Shown here one piece after another: positions 12,840-22,753 of a stretch of 64,000 bases of DNA (position 1 is the first letter of the stretch; each line of letters starts with the position of its first letter). The stretch lies in assembly GCA_977017575.1 (NCBI GenBank), contig CDRNVI010000200.1:4133-68132 (forward strand). Direction: 5' to 3'. A program made the translations under genes and the position numbers. The notes beneath the pieces are model-generated. The model saw nothing but the letters and a program-made list of their open reading frames with translations. It was not told the DNA's origin and did no database searches. The DNA is from Paramoeba atlantica. Lineage: Eukaryota; Protista; Discosea.

Positions 12840-15800
12840 TATCGCTTCAAACCTTATCAATTAAAACCCCAACAAACACACACACACAGGTGAGAGAGAG
12901 AGAACTCTGAAGAAAGAGAAAAGAAAAAAGATTAGTGTTAAAAAAGGAAGGAAGGGGAGGAGGGAAAGGGGAGGGATAAAATGAATGTGGTAATCTTTAT
13001 AATACATGCACACATCATTGATATTTGACAAACAACCTCTCAATAATCGATAAGGGTTTAGGGTGTCCATTCACCTTGCAATCCAACACACACAAACACT
13101 TTCGTGCACAACACTCTCAACACTCTCCAAGAGTGTGCTTTGGGAGAGCAAAACATAGCCAGGACCAAAAAATGGAGCCCACACCAGCAAGTTAGAGAAA
13201 GGCACTGGTTTGTCAAAGTAAAATCATGCACAGTTAATCCCAACTACTTCCAAGGAGGAAACTCACAGGGGTTCCAGAGTTCCATCGAAAAATCCCAACT
13301 TCAAACCCAAAAAGAGACAACCAAAAAAAAAAAACAGCAAAAAGGGTGTCCCTCCCTTGGTGTGTCCCTTCTGAGAAAAACAGAAACTGACTGGAGAAAG
13401 AAAGGGGTTTCATTGAATGGAGGGGGAAATATGAGGGGAAAAACACAAAGAAAAAGAATCAAAGAAAACATATATGACCAAAAACAAACACTAAAACCTC
13501 TGATGAAATTCACAACAACAACAACATGATGGTGGAAGTGAGGTGATAGAGCACAGAGCAGGGGGGGCATCCTCCGACAAACTCAACAATCAGACATTAA
13601 CAAAAACAAACTCTCGGTTTAAGTTCTCCTTTTATATTAAGAATTCTATGAATTTCCAACAAACATCTTAACAACAAAGGAACAATACAACAGCAATTTG
13701 TGATGAAACACAAATAAAGACCATCCAAAACGCTCCCTAAACCCTTTTGGGAAAACCCGAAGGAAACACACAAAACAACACATCAAATCAGGAAGCATCT
13801 TTGTGAGTCGCAACACACACACACACTTTGATATTTTTAACAAACAATCTCTCGATATATTGATAAAGGGTTTTAGGCTGTCCATTCACCTTACGATTGG
13901 TGGGGGGAGGGGATATGGCAGGAAGGAACTAAAAGGGAAAGAGAAAAGGAAAAGATTAGTGTTCAAAGGAATGAAGGAGGGATAGAAGAAAAAAAAGAGG
14001 AAGAGAATAAAAGAAAACAAACATAACAGTTATGCAATGATGGTGGTGGAGATCAATGGCAATCTTTGTGACATATTTGATAAACAATCTCTCGATATAT
14101 TGATAATATTGGTGTCCATTCACTTTGCAATCCAACACACAAACTCTTACCTCAATTAAAACACCTCACAAACCTGATGAGAACTGAAAGAGAAAAGAGA
14201 AAAGAGAAAAAAGAAAAGAGAAAGGATTTCGTTCAGTTCAATGTAAGGGGGAAAAGGGAAGAAATACAAAGCAAAACAAAAACAAAACAAAAACAAAAAT
14301 AAAACCAATGAATTTTACAACAATATATTATTATAGAAGTTGGTGTGGATCAATTAAAACAAAAAAAAAACAGAGAACTGCCAGTTCAAAAAACAAAAAA
14401 AGAGAGAGAGAGAAAACCAGATGATTGTTTGGGGCTTTTGAAAAATTATTGTCGAATATTTTAGGAACAACACGTCATGAAACAGCAGCACACTTCCAGA
14501 ACACAAAAAGTCAAGAAATTATCCAACAATAACAATGACATCTCTCTTTTTTAAAAAAAAAAAACATAATCAAGAAAAAAGAGAGAAAAGAGAGGGAAAA
14601 GAGAGGGAAAAGAGAGGAAAAAGAGAAAAGAAAAAGAAAACCAGAAAAGGAGAGTGAACATACAACAAAGCCTTTGAAGAAGAGAAACATGATTCTTTTT
14701 TTTAACAAATATATTTACTTGCTGATTACAAAACTCATCTCCCTTCAAAAAAAAAAATCAGTTTGGAACAACAATTAAAAGAAAAGAAAAAGAAAGAGAA
14801 AGAGAAAAAAGAAGAAAAGAAAGAAAAGAAAAGAAAACCAAAAAAAACATTGTAAAAACTGTTCAAACTAAGGAAACAAAATTTTAGAATCTTATTTGGT
14901 GAGAAGAAAGAGAACAAAAAGGACACATCAAGAGGAGGGGGTAAGAGAAAACAAAAAGAAAACAGAAACAAAAAAGAAATGATCTATCAATCGTCAAACG
15001 AATGGAGAGAAAAGACAGTCAAACCAAAAAAAAATCAAAACAACCACCTTTTATCATGAAAAGGAGGGGGGAAACACAAAGAAGGAGGAGAATAAAAGAA
15101 AACAAAAAAAAAAGAAAACAAACACTAAACACCATGATTCGCAATAATAATAATTGATAATGGCGAGATATTATCGCTTCAAACCTTATCAATTAAAACC
15201 CCAACAAACACCCACAAGCAAGAGAGAGAGAGAACTCTGGAGAAAGAGAAAAGAGAAAAGATTAGTGTTAAAAGGAATGAGGGGGAGAGAGGGAGGAAAA
15301 AGAGGAAGAGAATAAAAGAAAACAAACCCTTCATATAACAATGCAACAATGATGATGGAAATCAATGGTTTCTTTGTGACACACACTACTGATATATTGA
15401 CAAACAATCTCTCTTAATATTGAGGCAATTCAACACACAAACACTTTTGCATGCAACAACAACACTCCCCAAGAGCTCTTTGCAACGCAACAGCAAAGTG
15501 TATTGCTTGATTATCACCCAAAACCCTTTCAATTAAGACCCACATCTTGAATGTGGGAATAGCAGCAGCAGGAATAAGTGGTTTTAAAATCCTTATCAAT
15601 TAAAACACCTCACAAACCCTGATGAGAACTGAAAGAGAAAAGAGAAAAGAGAAAAGAGAAAAGAGAAAAGAGAAAGGATTTTGTTCAGTTTGACAGAAAG
15701 AAATACAAAACAAAACAAAAACAAAACAAAAACAAAAATAAAACCAATGAATTTTATAATAATATATTATTGAGGTGGTGGATCAATCAAAACAAAAAAA

Positions 15801-16445
15801 AAAAACAGAGAACTGCTAGTTCAAAAAACAGAAAAAGAGAGAAGAAAGAGAAAGAAAACCAGATGATTGTTTGGGGTTTTTGAAAAATTATTGTTGAATA
15901 TTCGGAACAACACATGTTGTGAAACAGCAGCACACTTGCATAATACAAGAAGTCAAAAAATCATCCATCAACAATGATGACATTCTCTCTCTTTTAAAAA
16001 AAACATAATTAGAAAAAAAGAGATAAAAGAGAGAAGGAGAGAGGAAAGATAAAAGAAAACCAGAAAAGGAGAGTGAACACACACAACAAAGCCATTGAAG
16101 AAAAGAAATATGATTCTTTTTTTTTTAACAAATATATTTATTTCCTGATTACAAAACTCATTCTCCCTTTGAAAAAAAATCAGTTTGGAATGACCAATTA
16201 AAAGAAAAGAAAAAAAAAAAAAAAAAAAAAAGAAATGAAAGAAAAGAAAAGAACGGAAAAAAACTTGGTAAAAACTGTTTGAACCAAAGAAACAAAATTT
16301 CAGAATCTTATTTGGTGAGGAAAAAGAGAACAAAAAGTGCACCAAGAGGAGGGGGGCAGGAGGAAACAAAAAGAAAACAGAAACAAAAAAGAAATGATCT
16401 ATTGTTGATCAAACGAACAGAGAGAAAAGAGAGAGAAAAGACGGT
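12840..16445. repeat. Diverged segmental duplications (purine-rich on +)
   Basis: ~14140-14995 aligns by eye with ~15590-16445. TTATCGCTTCAAACCTTATCAATTAAAACCCCAACAAACAC occurs at ~12840 and ~15170. The ACAAACAATCTCTC motif recurs at ~13840, ~14080 and ~15400. Confidence 0.75.
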
Positions 16446-16704
16446 CAAACCAAAAAAAACAAAACAACCACCTTTTCATGCAAAAAAGCAATTCATCATT
16501 TATTTTTAGCACTCTAAAATATATGTCAGCCTTTTTACTACCTTTCGGCTTTGGAGTAGATGAATTTTTATATTTTATTTTTTATGTTTTTTTCAATAAA
16601 ACGAAAATAACAAAAATACTCACAAGAAAATCTGATTCGATATTTTGCCGCCTAAAAATCTTTTATTTTTTATATTTTTTTGTTTTTCGCCTTGAAAAAC
16701 ATGC

Positions 16705-19540
16705 TGTTGCTTGTTCGGGGGAGGGGAATGGAGGGAGTCACGGTCAGGGGGGCAAAGGGAAAAGACTTTTTTTTGCTTCTTTCAAACAACTCTTTTTTTG
16801 TTTTCTTTGTGTGTGTAAAAAAAAGAGAAAAAGAGTTGATCTTGATGAGGTGAGAGATCGCTTCAAAGACTACACGCGGAGAGAGAGGAAGGAAGAATTG
16901 TGGTGTGGATTGCTCAGAACATTATCCCTCCCCTATGTGATCAGGTTTTTCTTTGTTTCCTCTCAGTGTTTTTTTTTTTTTTTTGGTCCTTTCTCTCCTC
17001 TTTTCCCCCCCTTTTTTTTTGGTTTTTGATCTCTTTTCCTTTTGTTTGTGTGTCTTTTGTTTGTGTGTCTTTTGTTTGTGTGTCTTTTGTTTGTGTGTCT
17101 TTTGTTCGCCACCCTAAACCCTTGTTTGTCACACTTGTTTTTGTCATATTTATTTTTCCTTTCTTGGGTATCATGATGGATGAGGCTTGAGATGTGGTTC
17201 TCTTCATCCTTTTGTTTGTTTTGTTTTTTTTATTTGTTCTTCTTTCTTTGTTCTTTTGTTCGTTCTTTTCTTTGTCTTTTTGTGTCCTCTTTGCTCTTCC
17301 TTTCCCCCCTTTTCCCCCTTCCCTTTCACTCTCCCTTCCCTAAACCCTTTTCTGTTGCGAACCCCTACCTTGTTTTGTTGTCTTCTATTCATTTTGAAGT
17401 CTTTCTCACTGCTCTTTCCTGTCGAATCTCCCCCGTCAATTTTCCCCTCTTCTGTTTTTCTTCTGTCTCCTTTCTTACCTTTTCCTCAAAAATTTGTTTT
17501 CTCACTTTGATTGTTCTTTTTTATTTGGAGTGTTTTCCTCTTTTGTGTTTTTCCCTCTCTTTTGTCTTTCGTTGGTGCTCTCTGTACTCCTTCAACAACA
17601 ACAACCCTGCCTGCTGTGTTTTGATTCATTTTTGTTTTTTGCCACATTTGATTTTTTTCTGTTTTCTCTCTTTGAATATTTCAAAACCCTATTCTTTCTT
17701 TCTTTTGTTGTTGTTGTTCCTTTTATTTGATATAAACCACACCTTCTGCTTTTTTGATTTGATCTTTGGATTGACTTTCATTTATTGTTTTGTTGTTTTT
17801 CTGTAGAGATTTCATCAATCCTCTGACATTTTCCCTTTCCCCTCCCCCCCAAATCTTCGCTTCCCCCTCTTTTCCTTTTCTCTTTTGTTGATATCTCCAT
17901 CTTTACTCTAATAACCTTATTCTCTTTCTTCTCTCTTTCTAAACCTTTTTTTCTTTCAATAGAGTGTAGTTGTAGGGCAGAGGAAGTTTTTCTCCTAATT
18001 TGTCGTCATTGCAATCTTTTTCTCTTTCTTTTTTTTCAATCTCTTTTTTGCAAGTACTTTTTTCTTTTTTTTTTTCATTTTCTTTTCTCTTTCTCTCTTT
18101 TAAAGAAATAAAATAGAATGATCAATTATTGCTTGTTCAGGGGAAGGTGATGGAGGGAGTCAAAGTTAGGGGGGCAGCAAGGGGAAGAGACTTTTTTTTG
18201 CTTCTTTCATCAAACAACTCTTTTTTTGTTTTCTTTGTGTGTGTAAAAAAAAGAGAAAAAGAGTTGATCTTGATGAGGTGAGAGATTGCTTCAAAAACCA
18301 CATGCAGAGAGAGAGGAAGGAAGAATTGTGGTGTGGATTGCTCAGAACATTATCCCTCCCCTATGTGATCAGGTTTTTCTTCTTTGTTTCCTCTCAGTGT
18401 TTTTTTTTTTTGTTTTGGTCCTTTCTCTCCTCTTCTCCTCCCTTTCCTTTTTTTTTTTGGTTTTTGATTTCTTTTCCTTTTGTTTGTGTGTCTTTTGTTC
18501 GCTACCCTAAACCCTTGTTCATCACACTTGTTTTTGTCATGTTTATTTTTCCTTTCTTGGGTATCATGATGGATGAGGCTTGAGATGCGGTTCTCTTCAT
18601 CCTTTTGTTTGTCTTGTCTTTTTTATTTGTTCTTCTTTCTTTGTTCTTTTGTTCGTTCTTTTCTTTATCTTTTTGTGTCCTCTTTGCTCTTCCTTTTTCC
18701 CCTTTTTCCCCTTTCCCTTTCCACCTTATTCTGTATTTCAAACCTCTACCTTGTTCTGTTGTTTTCTATTCATTTTGAAGTCTTTCTCACTGCTCTTTCC
18801 TGTCGAATCTCCCCCTGGTTGATTCTCCCCTCTTTTGTTTTTCTCCTGTCTCCTTTCTTACCTTTTCCTCAAAAATTTGTGTTTTCTTCTCACTTTGATT
18901 GTTCTTTCTTATTTGAAGTGTTTTCCTCTTTTGTGTTTTTCCCTCTCTTTTGTCTTTCGTTGGTGCTTTGTGCTCCTTCAACCCTGCCTGCTGTGTTTTG
19001 ATTCATCCTTTTGTTTTGTGCCACATTTGATTTTTTTCTGTGTTTTCTCTCTTTGAATATTTTCTCTTTTGTTCAAAACCCTATTCTTTCTTTCTTTCTT
19101 TTGTTGTTCCTTTTATTTAATATAAACCACACCTTCTGCTTTTTTTCAATTTGATCTTTGGATTGACTTTCATTTATTGTTTTGTTGTTTATTTTCTGTG
19201 GGGATCTCATCAATCCTCTAACATTTTCCCTTTCCCCCCCTCCCCTCCCCCCCCCCCCAAATCTTCACTTCTCCCCTCTTTTCCTTTTCTCTTTCGTTGA
19301 TATCTCCCCATCTTTACTCTAATAACCTTATTCTCTCTCTTCTCTCTTTTTAAATCTTTTTTTCTTTCAATAGAGTGTAGTTGTGGGGCAGAGGAAGTTT
19401 TTCTCCCCAAATTTGTCATCGTTGCAATCTTTTTCTCTCTCTTTTTTTTCAATCTCTTTTGCAAGTACTTTTTTCTTTTTTTTTCATTTTCTTTTCTCTT
19501 TCTCTCTTTTAAAGAAATAAAATAGAATGACCAATTGCTG
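16705..19540. repeat. ~1.41-kb head-to-tail tandem duplication
   Basis: Copy 1 (~16705-18135) and copy 2 (~18130-19540) share start (GGAGGGAGTCA...GACTTTTTTTTGCTTCTTTCA) and end (AAAGAAATAAAATAGAATGA). Copy 1 has four copies of the 15-mer TTTGTTTGTGTGTCT (17041-17100) where copy 2 has one. Confidence 0.9.
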
Positions 19541-19927
19541 CTGCTGCTGTGTTGTTGTTGTGGTCAGATGTCAACTATCACCCCATTTGCCTCTCCCTGA
19601 ACAAAAATATCATTGCTTTTTGGAGTCATTTTTGAGTGCTGCTAAATTAGGTTTACTTCTTTTATGGTAATTAGTTGTTGTTGATTAATTATTTATTGTT
19701 CTTTGTTTATTCTTTGTGTGAAATTCTTATATATGAAAATTCTTAATATTTTGGGGATGATTATTTATTGTTAATATTTAATATGTTATTTTTCTGTTGT
19801 ATTATCAATCCATTTTTATTAAGGTTTTGCTTTCATATATTTGTTGCTCTTGAATAATATAACACCTCTCTTTGTTTTGGTTTGATTTCTGGTTGGTTCT
19901 TATTTTTTAATTTTTTATTTTTTTTTT

Positions 19928-21075
19928 GAGAGTCAAAATCCAGACTTTTGATCGATTTATTTTTGGGTTCAATTCTTCATTGGTTCATATTTTTTTTTTA
20001 ATTTTTTTTGGGGAGTCAAAATCCTTCTGTGACGAGAATTTTGATCGATTTATTTTTGGGTTCAATTTTTCATTGGTTCATATTTTTTTTTTTAATTTTT
20101 TTGGGGAGTCAAAATCCTTCTGTGACGAGAATTTTGATCAATTTATTTTTGGGTTCAATTTTTCATTGGTTCATATTTTTTTTTAATTTTTTTTTGGGGA
20201 GTCAAAATCCTTCTGTGACGAGAATTTTGATCGATTTATTTTTGGGTTCAATTCTTCATTGGTTCATATTTTTTTTTTTTAATTTTTTTGGGGAGTCAAA
20301 ATCCTTCTGTGACAAGAATTTTGATCAATTTATTTTTCGTTCAATTCTTAATTGGTTCATATTTTTTTTAATTTTTTTTTGGTGAGTCAAAATCCTTCTG
20401 TGACGAGACTTTTGATCGATTTATTTTCACACCAGGCTGGCTAAATCCTATGCACTTTGAGTCATGAATTTATCAATCATCCAAATCAACTCTGTTTATT
20501 CCTTTCAAACCTGCAAAAAAAATCATGTCTATATCAGTTTTTTTGGTTTTTTTTTTTGATTCACCACTCTTTTTTGTTTTTTTCTTGTGTTTTGAGTTTC
20601 AGAAAAGTTGAAAAATGAGAGAGAAACAAGATTTGTTCTTCTTTTTTTCAAGTTTTTTTTGTAAGCTTTGTTGTTTTTTTGGTTTGGGAGTCTTCTTGTA
20701 TCTTCTTGTGTTTTTTTCTTTCATTTTTTTATCTTTTCAAGAGAAAACAAGGTTTTTGTGTTTTTTGAAATTCTAAAAATGAATTTTTTTTTGTGTTTGG
20801 CTGGATTCTGAGTATTTTGTTTTTTGGAATTCCGAAAAAGAAAGATTGTTTTTCAGAATTCTAATTTTCAAAGGTTTGTTCAAAATTGAGTTGGAACTGT
20901 TTATTTGCTAAGGTGGAACTTTTTTTTTGAGGCCTTGAATGGAAGTGACAGGGTTAGTTTGGATGATTGATAAATTCACGACTCGAGGTGTATAGTTTAG
21001 CCAGCCTGGAGTGATGGGTTCAATTCTTGATTGGTTCATATTTTTTTTTTTTTTTGGAGAGATCAAAAATCCTTC
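19928..21075. repeat. ~92-bp minisatellite (about 5.5 units at 19928-20427, resuming at 21014-21075 after an insertion)
   Basis: Unit GAGTCAAAATCCTTCTGTGACGAGAATTTTGATCGATTTATTTTTGGGTTCAATT(C/T)TTCATTGGTTCATAT(T)n...GG starts at about 19930, 20013, 20105, 20198, 20292 and 20384. The unit's second half (TGGGTTCAATTCTTGATTGGTTCATA) reappears at 21015. Confidence 0.9.
20428..21013. mobile_element. Non-autonomous TIR element (MITE-like), 586 bp, ~93-bp imperfect terminal inverted repeats, CAC...GTG ends
   Basis: The left end (20428-20520) matches the reverse complement of the right end (20921-21013), including perfect CCAGGCTGGCTAAA (14 bp) and TGAATTTATCAATCATCCAAA (21 bp). The interior is AT-rich with no credible ORF. 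The element splits one minisatellite unit. No clean target-site duplication is visible. Confidence 0.85.
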
Positions 21076-21681
21076 ATTTTTTTTCTTTTTTTTTTCTCAT
21101 ATTATTTTTTTTTTATTTAAAGGTGAATTATTGAGTGAACTTTATGGATTTCATTTTTCTTCTTGTTATGTTAAGCTGTTTTGCTTTTTCTTCTATTGTA
21201 TTAATTGAACCTTGTGTTGGTTACTATTATCAAAAGAAAGAGAAGAATAGATTAAAATCTTTTCTATTGTATTATTTCCTTTTTTTTTATGTTTTTTGTT
21301 GACCTTTTTTTTGTTTGAATTTTTTTCTTCTTTCTTTTTTTTTTCTTTAAATCCTTCTTATTTCTCTTTCAACTTGTTTTCTATTTTTTTTTTTTCTTTT
21401 TAATTTTTTTCAATTGTTTTTTTTAAAAAAATAATAAATAATTTTTCAAAATAAATTGAATAAATTTATTTTTTCAATTTTTTTAAGAAACCATTTTCTT
21501 TCTCTTACAACCATTTATTTTAAATAAAAATCTTTTCTTTAAAGAAAAATAAAAAAAAAGAAGAAATTTTAAGTTGCAGGAAAACCTAATGTTGCAAAAA
21601 GACTTTTTAAAAAAAATATTGATTTAAAGGGAGTAAAGAGCCTAAACCTATAAAATAATAGATTGAACTGGGCAAGAGCTA

Positions 21682-21726
21682 TAAACCCTAAACCCTAAAC
21701 CCTAAACCCTAAACCCTAAACCCTAA
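21682..21726 (+). repeat. Interstitial telomere-type repeat (CCCTAAA)n / (TTTAGGG)n, about 6.4 units
   Basis: Perfect run TAAACCCTAAACCCTAAACCCTAAACCCTAAACCCTAAACCCTAA. Confidence 0.85.
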
Positions 21727-22109
21727 TTCAATTCTTTTTCTTTTTTTCTTCTTTAATCTTATTTTTGGTTTGCATTTGGATTTTTTCAATCAATTTTGGT
21801 CATACAATCCTTTTTCTTTGTTTTTTTTTGTTTTTTTCTCTTTTTTGTTGAATCTTTCTCTTTCTCTTTCTTTTTCTTTTTTTCTTTCTTTCTCACAAAC
21901 AAAAAAAAAAAAAAAAAAACTGTTCGAAACAAAAAACCAAAAAAAACCAAAAAAAAACCAAAAAAAGAAAAAGAAAATGGATGATGTGGCAACATTTGAT
22001 TGGGAATTGGATTTTTTTTTTCTTTTTCGAAAAAGAAAGCAGTGGGTGAGAAAAAAACAGAAAAACAGAAAGAAAAAAGAAAGAAATTGAAAGAAAAGAA
22101 GAATTGAAA

Positions 22110-22753
22110 GGTTTGGAAAGATATATGATAGATTGTTTGATTTACCAATGAACTTTTTTATTCCATATTTCAAGTGAATGTTTTAGTTTGTTATTCTTTT
22201 TTTTTTTCTTTATTTACAAACTATTAAAAACAACACCACTGGATCAATCATTTCACTTTTCCACACACAATCAAAAGAAAGAATTGAGAAAATCAAAGAA
22301 AAACGAAAGGTTTCTTTTTTAGCACACCTTATGCTTTGACGTTTTTCGTCTCTTTTGGATAGAATCGTCACTTTAATCGATTCGATTCGTAAATCTTTCA
22401 AAAAAATTCGTTAGTTTTTTGCAATGTATAGGGTTTGGAAAGATACATGATAGATTGTTTGATTTACCAATGAACTTTTTTATTCTATATTTCAAGTGAA
22501 TGTTTTAGTTTATTATTCTTTTTTTTTTTCTTTATTCACAAACTATTAAAAACAACACCACCAGATCAATCATTTCACTTTTCCATACACAATCAAAAGA
22601 AAGAATTGAGAAAATCAAAGAAAAACAAAAGGTTTCTTTTTTAGCACACCTTATGCTTCAATGTTTTTCGTTTCTTTCGGATAGAATCATCACCTTAATC
22701 GATTTGATTCGTAAATCTTTCGAAAAAATTTGTTAGTTTTTTGCAATGTATAG
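22110..22753. repeat. ~322-bp tandem duplication abutting the truncated end of the LTR element
   Basis: GGTTTGGAAAGATA(T/C)ATGATAGATTGTTTGATTTACC...TTAGTTTTTTGCAATGTATAGGG occurs at ~22110-22432 and ~22432-22753. Confidence 0.85.

Noticed and set aside
19928-20427. CRISPR-like appearance of regularly spaced repeats
   Set aside because: The units are contiguous, with only poly-T length variation and no unique spacers. No cas genes are present and the context is eukaryotic.
22210-22401. ORF MKDLRIESIK... as a continuation of pol/RT
   Set aside because: None of the minus-strand frames I translated show RT motifs (e.g. SP..SP, DYR.LN). It lies in the 322-bp duplicated unit.
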